Assembly: GCA_008690995.1 (NCBI GenBank)
Contig: VRMN01000003.1
Location: forward strand, 310,001 to 374,000
Direction: 5' to 3'
DNA length: 64,000 bases
Origin: Porphyridium purpureum
Taxonomy: Eukaryota
Shown here: positions 29,001 through 39,898 of the stretch, piece after piece
How the letters are laid out: every line of letters begins with the position of its first letter
How positions within the stretch are numbered: position 1 is the first letter of the stretch
The notes under the pieces: generated by a model
What the model was told of the DNA's origin: nothing
What the model saw: only the letters and a program-made list of their open reading frames with translations
Databases searched by the model: none
Made by a program: the position numbers and the translations under genes

Positions 29001-29666
29001 TCCGTTGTAACCTACGCGTACAACACGTCGCGCCACGCAGCCACCGGCTTCTCGCCGTACGAAATGATGTTTGGGTCGCCAGCCAAGGACTGGGCAAGCA
29101 TGGCCGGACCGCGAGCGGTTGAAGGGGGCCAGCAACCGCAAGATATCTCCGCACAGCTGGCGCGCGCCTATCGGCTCGCCGGGAATAAGATGTCGGAGAA
29201 CGCCGAGAGGTTTGCAAGGTACTATGACAGAAACATTCATCGGAACAAGGAAACGTTTGCCGAGGGCGACATCGTATACGTGTGGTGCCCAAGTACGAGG
29301 CAGGGTCGCAAGCTGACAAAGCCGTGGCTCGGACCTTTCCGCATCACAAAGCGGAACGGGGTTCACGCAGTCGTGGTCAGCGCAAACGGCCGAGATGACG
29401 CAGAGCTCCATGGCCAGCTCGTGCATGTGAACCGCTTGCACAAGGCAGACCCGGACGTGGTAGACATGGCCGGCACGAACGTGTTCGCTGGAGGAGATGC
29501 AAGTTGGGTGGTGGAGGCAATTGTGGAAGATCGGGCTGCGGGTGGAGGCCGCGAGTACAAGGTGAGATGGCGGGGTATGGGGAAGCGAGGCGACACATGG
29601 GAGGCTGAGAAGACGCTCCCGCCCATGCTGGTAGCCGCGTACCGAGACATGGCAGAAGGTGTTTGA
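26058..29666 (+). CDS. pol: Gypsy Pol (protease, RT, RNase H, integrase, chromodomain), probably expressed as Gag-Pol by frameshift
   Basis: LDTGA, LPQG..NSP, YIDD, EVDAS, TDH, HHCC plus DDE integrase (SDRGSNF, NGRVER), PWLGPF, and chromodomain WVVEAIV...EYKVRWRG....DTWE. Confidence 0.95.
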   Translation, partial: KKRAVGQQAVAAPCMEWWEPGDASGEAELQGAAYAKEQDGDAELAVRADNSPTLRVKLTACGQAVVALAVLDTGANSTWVSPSVADRLGLKTQPSSWGARGPDGASLGRVSVGFLDLHLGSFVFPCETVRVAEHLKTDLLIGWDFQVREVAAVLPGQAVFFKRGGSLPFEQVSGLPGPEHIGHLEEPGEIDRRIAQLEQKHAAEKEEALRNAAAIELGHLEPEQRKRVGDVLAEAWVLFRPSMGLTDLVEHTITVEPGQRPLVAKVRRRSEAENEAERSLVEALVAKGVLQPSTSECAAANVLIRKPDGSYRMTTDFRPLNAITIKDRYPIPDVGEMLDWLSRRRWKSALDLKDGFFQVPLAPESMHLTAMITREGLFEYTRLPQGCCNSPPTFQRLNNRILGPMRHAHAQIYIDDLTVGHETFEEHVEGLRQILRRFAASGLTLSARKCKIALAEVQFLGHRIGPQGLRPGVDKTRAILEWPEPEEAKDLQRFLGLVGWFRNFIPNFEERALPLRRALTGLGLTDKKGGFHRKTAGGAEWASRFGDDQRAAFIDLRHALGDPMDDGSAVLVAFNPAAEMVLEVDASQVGIGAVLLQGDQRRPVAFYSRAFRGAELNYSVTEQECLGAILSMEKFRHYLFGKKFILVTDHSALLWLLRQKEPRGRTARWIMRVQDFEFDVKHKPGAANIVADALSRTPLDTGTEEEVREVRDTQDSGALYAVPTDDELRAAYAEDEQICAELKNLSGPAPKYSFPEYIVDEDGIVFALLKDMPRRVVPDALVSAVLNVYHGAPLSAHMGTARTAARIADAQWWWPGWTEDVRKFVRCCHECIARKAPPPRRNAAMVQYSASRRFEIVGMDILTISPETRTGNIKVLVMMDAWTRWAVAVALPDEKAETVARSFLQTWLTVFGPPESILSDRGSNFVGEVITSLCARLGIRRLMTTAYHPQTNGRVERFNATLCKMLSAYVSASSRDWDRWLSVVTYAYNTSRHAATGFSPYEMMFGSPAKDWASMAGPRAVEGGQQPQDISAQLARAYRLAGNKMSENAERFARYYDRNIHRNKETFAEGDIVYVWCPSTRQGRKLTKPWLGPFRITKRNGVHAVVVSANGRDDAELHGQLVHVNRLHKADPDVVDMAGTNVFAGGDASWVVEAIVEDRAAGGGREYKVRWRGMGKRGDTWEAEKTLPPMLVAAYRDMAEGV

Positions 29667-29713
29667 CGCTGGGTGGCTATCGGCCGTCGCTGCTCTCAAA
29701 AAAAATGTTCGAA

Positions 29714-29853
29714 TAAAGATGGAGTGTCCGTGGCTGGACGGTAAAGAAGGAGCTGGGTCCGTTGCTGGACTATAAAGAAGGAGCTGTGTCCGTTGCTGGA
29801 CATTAAAGAAGGAGCTGTGTCCATGGCTGGACGGTAAAGAAGGAGCCGTGCCC
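29714..29853 (+). repeat. 31-bp minisatellite (~4.5 copies) in the Gypsy 3' non-coding region
   Basis: TAAAGAAGGAGCTGTGTCCGTTGCTGGACnn units start at 29714 (28 bp, degenerate), 29742, 29773, 29804 and 29835. Confidence 0.9.
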
Positions 29854-30374
29854 GCAGCAAGACGGTAGAACGAATGATAAAGAACAAAATGAAGTACAGT
29901 CTGTGTACAGTGAAGTACAGTAATACTGTACCTGAGTCCATATTTGGGGGTGTATATACTCTAAATTTCGGCAGTTTGGCAAACGAGAATTGAAGAGGAT
30001 CTTAGGCACTCCCTGATTAGAGAAAACTGCCCCTGTGAAATGCTGGGGATCCGTGGCTAGGGTAATTCCCCGGGGTGACATTGGGCAGAGCCGTAACAGC
30101 GCACCTTTCCTTTAAGGTTAGCGGGGGAGGGGGATGGCAGCCTGTACGGGGTCTTGTCAGTGGGCGTCACTTGTGAGCGGCACCGGCCACCTTATTTTTT
30201 TGGCCCTGTTGCTGGCACTGTACCCTGTCAGCTTACACTGTACTTCGTCCGCTCGATCTCAGCTCATTGTGCTTGAACCTGTTGAGCGGCACGGGAACGG
30301 CTGCTATGCATGCGGCGCGTGGGCTTAGAACACGCTATCGCAATGGTCGCTGTGGATAAGCGGGAAGTGTGGGA

Positions 30375-30666
30375 TGTCGCGAGCGACCTGATGCAGGTCT
30401 CAGTACAGCGAGTACGCAGAGGTACAGTCCCTAAGTGTACTGAAAGTACAGCTGTGGGTGTACCGTGTGGTACAGCTGAGTTATGTTGAGGGCCGCGGGA
30501 TTGGGTTATTCCGAGGGCTGAACCCGCCGGGCAAGCCGTTGCGGCGCCGGAAGGCGGGTATAAAACAGAGCGAGCGGCAGCCGAACGAAGAAAAAAGGCT
30601 AGGAAGAAGAGAGGAGGTAGAGGAGGAGAGAAGAAGAAGTAAAGAAAAGAAGCTCCGTTTGTGACA
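30375..30666 (+). repeat. Gypsy 3' LTR
   Basis: Direct repeat of 24441-24732, followed by TSD CATT. Confidence 0.95.
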
Positions 30667-33081
30667 CATTGGAAGTCCGTCATTGTTAGACTCAGCGGCG
30701 CGGGGAACAAAGTCGGCATTGTCTTCCAGAGGAGCGTCACCGAAGCTTGGTAATTCTTCTTGGTCTTCCTCCGGTTGCTCAACCGCGTCTTGACCTTCTT
30801 CCACATCTTGAACAACATCTGCTCCAATATCATCTACCAGTTCTCGCTCTGGCATTACATCTTCGAATGCGATGTGTCGTTTTGCCCGGCTGCTACCGAT
30901 TTCAATGCCGCCGTCGGTGATCGCCTTGACTCGTGCCTCCAACCAATTTCTTGCTTTCCCTTCCGCTATGTGCACGAATACCCGATCGCCGACCTGATAG
31001 TTCGTTTTGAATTTTATCGCCTTGGAATGCTTCAATCGTAAAAGTTTCTGCCGCGCGCGTCTCCTTTCATCTGCACGGCGTACTTCTTCGGGTAGGGGTA
31101 TACCTCCAGGTATGTGAGGTGCATATCCCCTGACGAGCTCAAACGAAGATGCAAGGCGTGAACCGCTTTGACAATTGGCTAAATGGCTAGCAATCGTCGC
31201 CTTCTCCACAATCTCATTAAAACCTTCCACTGGTTCGCACAGACGCTCAAAAAACTTGCGGATCTCTCTGTGTTTTCGCTCGGTAATGCCATTCTTCCGG
31301 CTGTGGCGGGATGGAAGCTTAGCTGGCTGAATTCCATGCGTCTCGAGCATTTTTAGCCAGGCTGTGCCTCCCTCAAACTCTCCGTCTGCCATGGCCACCT
31401 GTGGGGCTCCATGGCGGTAAACCCATTGCGTTTCAAAAACTCTTGCAAGCGCCTTTTGCCCACGTTTGCCTCCTGCGCACCCTATCTCTGAGTATCCCGT
31501 GGCTGTGTCGCAAATGTGTAAGAATGGAACCTTGCGCAGGTAAACAATATCGACACCAACGCGCTCATTGAAGTTGAGAAAAATGGGAGTAACCGAGACC
31601 TTGGCTTGATGCGTCGGCAGGGTGGTACGGAAGCACGGACCACACCTTTGCACTATCTTCGAGAGGGCTTCGGCTCCTCGGTCTGCTTCTTCTTGTGAAG
31701 CTTCACCGGCCCGTACCATAAGCATAGCGATCTGATCAGCCGTTGCGTGTGTTCTTGCATGGATTCGGCGACCCTTGTCCACATATTCCTGGATTGACAG
31801 AAAGGATGAAACCGAATTAAAGATACACAATTTGTGCCCCGACTGTAGGCCCTGCGTATGGCATAGAAGATTGCCTTCCTTTGTACGAATCTGGTTTCCG
31901 GGTCCGTCGATAGTGCAGAGATCCAGCACATCAGCACCGAGTAGGATTGGACATGGGCTTTTCCTTACAAGGAAGCTTACCGGATAACCATTCAGCATCA
32001 CATTGAAGCGTCCTACAATGGGTGCGGCTGGTCCAGATATGCCGAAGCGATGCCTATCAGGATCATTCTTCCACTTCGGCTCCAAATTAAAATGACTGCC
32101 CGCTTTTTCTGCCAACCGCTTCAGCTCTGTTTCTCCTCCAATTGACTGAGGGGACCCTGTGTCTTGGATGACCTGAATGGGCATATTCTTGCAAGCAGAG
32201 AGAAGTGATAGCTGTGGGGTAGTAAGCAGGGGGTTGTGAGTAGCAGAGTGGGAGGAAACGAGGGAATAAATGGAAGATGCGTATTTATCCTCTCCCAAAA
32301 ATCCTTCCGATACTCCTGCGCACTCCGTATCGCCTGCCCAATGCCCCTTCTGATTGCAAACCTTGCACTTCGTCTTCCTTTTCATTTCCTTGAGGCGCTC
32401 CTTCTTTCCATCCGTACGGTTTTGGTCCCCAAGAAGGGACCCAACTTGCTTCAATTCACGACCTGCGTGCGCTTGGCCGAAGCCGACTAGGTGGAGACCC
32501 TGCGCTGCATCTTCAACAGTAAGCAATTCACCTGGAGCTTTTCCTTTCAGTGCGTACATGAGCACCTGAGCTTGGGCCGCACCACCAATCTCACTGTTTG
32601 CAATCATGGTATATGCAAGCACTTCTTCAAGTTCCTTTGGCAGCTGTGCCACACCGCCACCAAAGTATTCCGCCATGAACATTGCCTTGCGCGCTTGAAA
32701 TGCTGTGATGAAACCATCTACGCTACCCGTGCGACGGCACCGGAGAAGTTCACCATGCGCGATGAAGCGCTTCTCAGCTTGGCGCTCGACGCTGATGGGG
32801 TCCAAAGTGGAGAGAAGTTTCTCTACTCCATGCATTGTAGCCAACTGCGAGTCGGGAACTGTTTGTGCGATGCTTGCTGCATTGCCCGACAGATTCTGAC
32901 GAAGAAGCAGGGCTCGTACCGTCTTAGGGTATGCCTTCCTGCTGTGCGGCTCGCCTGCTGCGAGGAGAGCGTCTTGAACTGCTTCCCAGTTCACCACGTC
33001 TTTGCGATATCGCGCGTATGATCCAAAACCATTATGCTGCGGAACACCAGATGGGCTGAATGATGCACCCTCTGGGCTCAT
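30667..33081 (-). pseudogene. Copia polyprotein N-terminal part (Gag, protease, integrase), truncated by the Gypsy insertion
   Basis: CKVCNQKGHWAGDTEC knuckle, QDTGS protease, H..H..CGPC plus D-D-E integrase; the frame runs on into the antisense Gypsy LTR. Confidence 0.9.
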
Positions 33082-33084
33082 AAC
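33072..33084 (-). promoter_or_regulatory. Copia primer-binding site complementary to the initiator tRNA-Met anticodon arm (half-tRNA type); second copy at 51493-51505
   Basis: GTTATGAGCCCAG immediately follows the 5' LTR; it is the complement of the tRNAiMet anticodon-arm sequence GGGCUCAUAAC. Confidence 0.8.
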
Positions 33085-33561
33085 AGTTGAAGCCAGGGGC
33101 CCTGCGCGGGCACCTGTCCGCTGCTGCGAGCGCGGCTTCATTCCTTTTTGATAGAGCAAAATTCGCTCTTCTGGTGTTGAAGGAGGAGTTGACTAGAAGG
33201 TAGCTGAGTCCTAATTCCGGCTTCACGGGGACAGATTTCTGAAAACAACTCTCATATATCTTTAAAGCTCCTTACTTCTTAAAATGTCTAGGCTATCTCC
33301 GAAAACTACTCGAAAGACTCGCGCTTTTATACCCGCCGCTGCTCAGCTTGTGTCCGCTCCAGCGATGCTCCGATTCTGCGGCGCTATTCCGCGAAGTCGC
33401 GCTGCCCGTTACAGTGTGCTGGCCAGGTGTTCCCAAAAGGCCGTCAATACCACAGGCCCGTTACGAGTGCTACTCCGGCGCTGGCAAGGGATAATTGAAC
33501 CGGTTACAATTCTTGTCGCGACTCCGGCTTGGAACTTGGTGTCGCGGTGACGGTTTCAACT
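33085..33561 (-). repeat. Copia 5' LTR (copy 1)
   Basis: 477-bp direct repeat of 21834-22310, followed on the minus strand by the PBS. Confidence 0.95.
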
Positions 33562-33967
33562 GTCCTGACTCTCGCGTGTTGTCGCGACGAGCTGCCGCAG
33601 CCGCGTTGCAATGCAAGGGCGCGCTCACCCAATGCGATTTTCCAGAGTTTGTACTGAAACTCCCTTGAAAAATGAGGTCAACGTATTCCGGCCATTACAG
33701 AACACGCCGTCAAAAACACACACACACAAAAAAAACGCTTGATTTGTGCCACCTCAATAAAAATGGCAGCGCGCCAGCATCAGCGGAAAGATTTGGTACA
33801 ATGCGCGGGACAGATGTAGAAATGGTCAAGACTGGACAGGATGCGAATAACTGGCCATCACTTTCGGTGATTCACTGGCGTCAACTTTCAAAAGGTTCAT
33901 GGTGGCAGAAACTCATCGCGTCCGATCAGCTCTGTTCCTTCTTCAGCGTTTGCAGTTTGCCCAGCGA

Positions 33968-34192
33968 CTAGACCATGCGCTTGCGCTCGCCCACCGTGAG
34001 GCCCGTTCCCAGCGCCGTGCGCAGGTCGTCCTCCGAGAAGGCTAGCGCAACACGCTCGTGGACGTTCTGCTCAGTGAAGCGCGGCGCGATCTCTCCCAGA
34101 CCCTCCAGTCCCATTTCTTCTGCAATGACGTCCAACCGGCCACCTTTGCAGGTCCCGATGCCGCTACCTTCGCTTGCGGAAACGCTCGTCAT
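33968..34192 (-). CDS. SAM-like small ORF, copy 2
   Basis: Near-identical to 15761-15985. Confidence 0.45.
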   Translation of the reverse strand: MTSVSASEGSGIGTCKGGRLDVIAEEMGLEGLGEIAPRFTEQNVHERVALAFSEDDLRTALGTGLTVGERKRMV

Positions 34193-34808
34193 AGCTCCTG
34201 CACTGTCGTAGAATCTTCCCTTGTCCCTTACCGTTGCAATCGATTCACCTGACCGCAAACGCACGCAAGGCTGCCGACTTTGACGTGAGCTGCTTTATTC
34301 AGGGCACTTGTGCTGGCTTGTTCACGTTCCCGTCTCCGCTGTCGTCATTCTTTCATCAGACCGGAGTCTGCCCCGAAATATGGCAGGCTCGCGCAGTTAT
34401 ACGCCCGCGCTGCGACCCTTCAGCGCGTCAAATTTCTGTGCTCTCGCCAGGTGCAGCTCCATGTTTTTGTGTCCGTTTGTTCACCACTCCGCGGTCAACA
34501 ACGTGCGAACTCACATCATCGAATCACAACTTCGTGCAGCTCGGGAGCCTCCGAGCGCAAGACTCGGGGATGGTTGGTGTACCAGGCGTGTCGGGGTGTA
34601 CGACGCGGAGTCGCTCGTTTGACTTCCGTGACCGTGGCTGCAAGAGGCGAATTTTCACGATGACCAAACTACGGGGTTACCGATCCATTGCTCCGGGGAG
34701 GGGTAGGGAATGGAAAATTGCGCGTCTGCGCAAACCGTGACCCGGTTCGTTCCTCGTTACGGCTACCTTGTCTCATCGCCGGGGCGTCAACGAAGTCACT
34801 GTGCTTGT

Positions 34809-34846
<38 letters not shown>

Positions 34847-37438
34847 CTGGGCCTCTCGAGGTGGCGCGGGGAAGGGAAAAACAGACAGAAAAAACAACAA
34901 AAATTGTGGTATCAATTCTCCGAGCCACCTGTGTGTATCTCGGCGACTCGGCCGTCGCCTGCGCCGGCAAGGTCGGCTGTGAAGAAAGGCCGACAGACTC
35001 TTCCAGGCACTCCTTCACTTTCCGAGTGGACAATTGGGTGGTCGCAAGGAATGACGCTCGTACACTTTGGGTGGCGCTCACCCACCGACTGGTGCAAGAT
35101 GCATCGCTTGCATCAAAAGTAACTGCCGCGACACTCAAAAAGTTGATTCTGAATCCGCGACATGGACGGGCGACGCCGCGCCTCGAAAACGCATCGCTCG
35201 CCCGTGCTTCTGAGGCGCAGCTGCGCCAGATCAGGTTTCTACCCTGTGCAACAGCGAAAGCCGTCGCTGGTGCAGCGTGTGTTTGATTGCGTCGCAGACG
35301 ACAGTGTCGTTGTGTGCAAACACGGCTCAGGGGTCTCGCCGAGCGATGGTCGCAAGTATAAGAATGCGTGAGTGCGTTCTCGAATTGAGTGGCGCTCGCG
35401 GAAGTCCGTTGGCCTCAAGAGCGTCGCGAAAGCACGCAAGGACACAGATGCCAGCGGGAGTTCACAACTGGCGAGTAGAGGAAGTATGGCGCCTGCGGGT
35501 GCCCGGTTTGGATGCCGCTGCGGTCGAGATGCACACAGTGAGGGCCTGGTCAGGCCTCCAGTGGCGAAGGCAGGAAGCGAGCTGGGAGGCGGCTTGTTCG
35601 CCCGCCAGGGCAGCAAAGTGAACGAGTCCGAGTCGTTTGCCCCGGCGATCAACATGTGCGGTTCGTGCCGGCAAGGCCGCTCGCGCGAACGAAGTTCATG
35701 GATACACCGGGCGCACAACCTAGATCATGCGCCGCTCAAATCCGTGCCAGCTTCCACAGCACTGACAAGCGAATCTACTCACCCCGCGGATGGCGCCAAA
35801 GCTGGAGCTCTGGGAGCGCACAAACGCAAGCATCCGGACTGCGCCGATGCGCCTGGTCGTTTCCATGACACGAGCAGCCAGCAGTGACCAGCATCGGGTC
35901 GGAAGGTGCCTTTCCAGGTTTCGTCACAAGCCAACACTGCATGTAGAATGAAGAACTGGCTGAGCGTTCGTTTGACGCGGTGCGCAAAGCAGACCGCTCG
36001 ATGCAGCTGCAACCGAATAGCAGCGCGGTGTGTCTAGACCCGCCCACTTGGTATCCTGCTGTGACTGTGCCGTCGGGCTTCGCACGCGGACCCAATGCCA
36101 ATGCCGCCGGCGGAAACGGCGTCTGTTGTGGCACCGCAGCGCTTCCCTTTCACTTCCGCCGCGTGAGCGCGCTGCCGGGGGTGGGGGTGGAGGTGGGGGC
36201 GGGCGTCATCGCGAAGAAACGCATGCAGGCCGGTGTTGCGCATCGTGGTGTGTGCCTGAGGATGCGACTGTGCGACACGGGGTCCTGCGTGCAACTTCCC
36301 AACCTGAAGTGCCGAGCGTGTTGCCGGTTTCGCGCCAAGCCGGCTGCGGCGCAGCGACAGACGCAGCAGCCGGTGTCCACAGTCCAGCTGCTGGCGCGCC
36401 CGCCGCGCACCCACGCGGAGGATTGCCAGCATCTCATTCGGTTTGTCGTTGGTTAGGACTGCCCTCGTTCTGCGATGCAAAGAGCGCGAGCCACGCATGC
36501 TCCCAAACGCGTCGGCAACCTGAATCGCAAGCACGTGGTGGGATCGTGGATCGTGGATCGTGGGTAGTTGGCCGTGGATCGAGTGCGGAGGATCAACGAG
36601 TTTGGACCTTGGTCTCAAACGCCTCCGCCGGGTATCTACATCAGGCTTGCCGAGAGTTGCTATGGAGTACCAGGAAGATGGCAAGCGAATGCGGGGTATT
36701 GTAGACGGAGCACATTCGTGCTCCAAGCCGCCCTGCTTGTCGCGTATGAAGCTCAATTCTTGTGGGCTCAACTCTGTGTGTGGGTCTGCACCCCCGCGCA
36801 AGAATGGACACCTAGTAGCTGCCCCAGAGAAGACTGGAGACGTGCAGTCGCATGTTTAAGACGCAGGTCTGCAGCGTCACACACAATCACTCGATGGCTT
36901 CGACAGTCGTTCCGCCTGCTTGCGCTTGCGCCGACACAGACGAGACGAAAGGTTTGACCAGACTCTCGATGACGGAGAATGGAACAGATCGGTCAGACGG
37001 CTTCTTCGCCCGCCGCACAAGCGAAATCAGCGAGTCCGCCGCCTTTGTGTCCAAGATGAACATGTGCAGCCGGTGCTGGCAAGGCCGCTCGCAAAGATGC
37101 TGTTGCTTTCTGCTTCTGTAGCGCAATCTAAAGCACGCAACGCTCAGACCCTTGCGCGATCCCCACGGAATGACAGAACAAGTGCTGGAATCGGCAAGGA
37201 GGCCAGATGCTGCTCCGCCGGGCGCACAGTTGCACGCCTATCCGCAATGCGGCTGTGTACACCGTGGCTTCCATCACAAGAGCCATCCATAGTGGTCATC
37301 TTCGGCTACCACAGGGACCTGACAACCTCTCCGGAGCAGGTAGATTGCGTTCCCGAAGAACAGTGTGAGAAAGAAAATAATGATATTCATAAAAGCATAA
37401 ACGACCAGGTCTCGAATCCTGCGCCTGCACTGGATAAC

Positions 37439-39898
37439 TTAAAAATTCTCTTTCGCGACAAGGACTCTGCACGTGCACATCTGGACCTGTTTGTCCCGAA
37501 GCATTTGGTTCTTCACCGCGAACAAGTGCTCGGCTGTCACGCGATGCGCAACGCTCTGCAACTCGCGGGCAACTGCCGGTGCGCCGCAGTAGAAGACACC
37601 GACTGTCGACCCGTGGTTCGGGGAGCCTCTGTGTGCGCGCAGGATCGCAGCGCTCATGATTTTGTGCCAGTCAGGACGGCCCGCGATCAGCTCGTGTTGC
37701 GGGCCGCAGCGCGGCCGATCAAAAGGATCCAACTGGGCTAAAGTCTCGGGCGTCTCGCGCGTGGCGTACAACCGCAGCGAAAACGAGCGTGGGAGACTCC
37801 TTGCCGACTCGGCAAGATCCTCGGCCGCCCAGCTCATGCCGGTGTATGTTTTGTTCACCCAAATTCCTTGCAAACTGAAGTCATGGTCGAGTGGATCCAC
37901 CGAAAGTCTGGACCCTTCAATGCTTCGACGCGGACGACTGGCTTCGCCTTCTGGATACCACCCGTCTTCAGCCTCAAAGAGCTCCGGCGGACGCGCTGTC
38001 GCATAGTAGATGAAAAAGATACGAACCGTGTGGACCACTGAGTACACGCCGTAGAACGAAAAGTACAGAACGGCATTCAGCCGTGATGGCGAAATGGCAT
38101 CTGCAATTGAAGCCACAAGCGATGCGACAGTCATGGCCACAATTGCAAGTTCCATGACGAAGATAATCGACACAATGTAGCGCTTACCATACGACGCGCC
38201 GGACAGAATCACCTTGGGAACATAGATAAACAGGACGAGCAAAGTCGCAACAATTTCGATCGCCGCCGACGCAACACCCTTTTCAAAAATCCACACGCAA
38301 ATCACGAGCGTCTCAAGCATGATAGAGATCAGAAATAAACAAATGTTGACCGTCATACTTTCAAGAATACTGGCCGCAAAAGCCACGCGAGCACGAAGTG
38401 TCATGGTCGTGCGCCTTACGCGTTCAAAGCCAAGAATGTCTGTGAAAGCGATGTCGCCATGATCCAACACGAATTGCTCCTCCTCGGTGAGGGGCAGTTC
38501 TGACAATTCGGTAGCGTTCCACGTACTTACTGACTTCGGTGACGACGCTGGGCTTTCCGCATTATGGAACGATTCGTCTCCCATCAAAAGTCGCGTCTCA
38601 TCCACTATGTGATGCCACACAGAAAGCAGCGGCGTTACGCCTATACCGGTTCCAATCACGACAATGTGCTTGTACGCACAGAAGTTTTGAGCAGGCGCAC
38701 CGAAGCCGCCCCGCAAACTTGCCCCGACAATGCCTGCAGTCGATCCACTTTCCGCGTCGGTCGCCGTCGCGCTATTCGCTAGTTCCCACAGTGCTCCTGT
38801 CCAGCGACCGGCCGCCTTGATAAAGAACGTCGCCTCTCCGCGGTCGTTGGGCGCGGATGCTATCGTGAAGGCGTGCCACTCCCACACAGAGATTTCCTTG
38901 ATGCGAATGTCAGCATACTGACCTGCAGAGTACCTCCATCCGGGCACCTGCAGAATCAGCTTCGTCACCCTGTCTTCGCCATCCTCATGCGCGCTGATGT
39001 GGACCACGGTCGCCTCCCGGGCAGCGTGGCGCACGCGCCGCATGATGACGTCAATGATGTACAAGACCAGCGGGCCCGCCAAGAAGTACACCGTGATCGG
39101 GTACCCACGTTGCGTACCGTGAATGATGAGCAGCGGGATGGCAGACACAATCCCAAACACATGCGACAACCAGAAAATGCGAAACCCAATCGTGCTGCGC
39201 CGTACCTTCTCCAGCGTCGTCGCGAAAAACAGCAGAAACACAACGAGGAGTATGATGCCCGTGATGAGCAGCTGCAGCGTCGCAAAGCCGGCACCAAACG
39301 TCCACACGGGGCCTCCGTCGTTGATGACAATCGCTTCCGTGGCATAGTTGACAACTTGCGGGACGGTGTGAATAACACACCCGGCAATGACAATTGTCAG
39401 TGCGATCAAACGATGGTACTTTGGCATCACCTTGTCCACTGGAAACGCATACTGGATCGGCGTGCTCCGCACCCATGTCCAGAACCACTTGCTGCTGGTC
39501 ACAAATAAGACTGCAGCGTTCCACGAGACCAACCGGCCAGCGCCACGTGCAATGGGCAACGTGTACCGCAGAATCTTACTCTCCGTGGTCCAATGAGGTG
39601 CCGTGAATTCCCACACACCCCACGTTGCCATACAGATATCCAACGCAATCAGCAACGCGAGCGTGGCCAAGTTGGCGCCTTGGTTGGAGAAGAACGCCTC
39701 ACTCCTCGTCCAGAACGAAACCACCCTGTGTTCACTGGCCTTGGTCTCCTTTGCCTTGCCCGTCTTCGCCTGTTCGCTGTTTGGTTGATATGCGGCATTT
39801 TCTCGCCCAGCTGTGCGCGCTGGCACCTCGTGTGCCCGTCGTGGAACGTCCCACGGTGCATCCGGAGGTAGTATTTCAGCGTCCGTGGCGGTCGCCAT
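37439..39898 (-). CDS. NADPH oxidase copy C (beta-type N-terminus and promoter), 819 aa
   Basis: Same motifs as copy A; distinct N-terminus MATATDAEILPPDAPW and distinct loops around the insert. Confidence 0.93.
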   Translation of the reverse strand: MATATDAEILPPDAPWDVPRRAHEVPARTAGRENAAYQPNSEQAKTGKAKETKASEHRVVSFWTRSEAFFSNQGANLATLALLIALDICMATWGVWEFTAPHWTTESKILRYTLPIARGAGRLVSWNAAVLFVTSSKWFWTWVRSTPIQYAFPVDKVMPKYHRLIALTIVIAGCVIHTVPQVVNYATEAIVINDGGPVWTFGAGFATLQLLITGIILLVVFLLFFATTLEKVRRSTIGFRIFWLSHVFGIVSAIPLLIIHGTQRGYPITVYFLAGPLVLYIIDVIMRRVRHAAREATVVHISAHEDGEDRVTKLILQVPGWRYSAGQYADIRIKEISVWEWHAFTIASAPNDRGEATFFIKAAGRWTGALWELANSATATDAESGSTAGIVGASLRGGFGAPAQNFCAYKHIVVIGTGIGVTPLLSVWHHIVDETRLLMGDESFHNAESPASSPKSVSTWNATELSELPLTEEEQFVLDHGDIAFTDILGFERVRRTTMTLRARVAFAASILESMTVNICLFLISIMLETLVICVWIFEKGVASAAIEIVATLLVLFIYVPKVILSGASYGKRYIVSIIFVMELAIVAMTVASLVASIADAISPSRLNAVLYFSFYGVYSVVHTVRIFFIYYATARPPELFEAEDGWYPEGEASRPRRSIEGSRLSVDPLDHDFSLQGIWVNKTYTGMSWAAEDLAESARSLPRSFSLRLYATRETPETLAQLDPFDRPRCGPQHELIAGRPDWHKIMSAAILRAHRGSPNHGSTVGVFYCGAPAVARELQSVAHRVTAEHLFAVKNQMLRDKQVQMCTCRVLVAKENF

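Larger units (their letters stand above)
24441..30666 (+). mobile_element. Ty3/Gypsy chromovirus-like LTR retrotransposon, intact, 6226 bp
   Basis: Apparently identical 292-bp TG..CA LTRs (24441-24732 and 30375-30666); 4-bp TSD CATT; purine-rich tract before the 3' LTR; gag plus pol (PR-RT-RH-IN-chromodomain). Confidence 0.97.
21834..33561 (-). mobile_element. Ty1/Copia LTR retrotransposon, copy 1, interrupted by a nested Gypsy element
   Basis: 477-bp LTRs at 21834-22310 and 33085-33561; 5-bp TSD GTCCT (21829-21833 and 33562-33566), single in the empty site at 15356-15360; gag-PR-IN-RT-RH order. Confidence 0.96.

Noticed and set aside
29714..29853. CRISPR-like array
   Set aside because: Units are head-to-tail with no unique spacers, lie inside a eukaryotic retrotransposon, and no cas genes are present.
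30481..30666. Hydrophobic C-terminal tail (env- or TM-like) on the 892-aa Copia ORF
   Set aside because: It is antisense read-through into the purine-rich Gypsy LTR after the insertion point.
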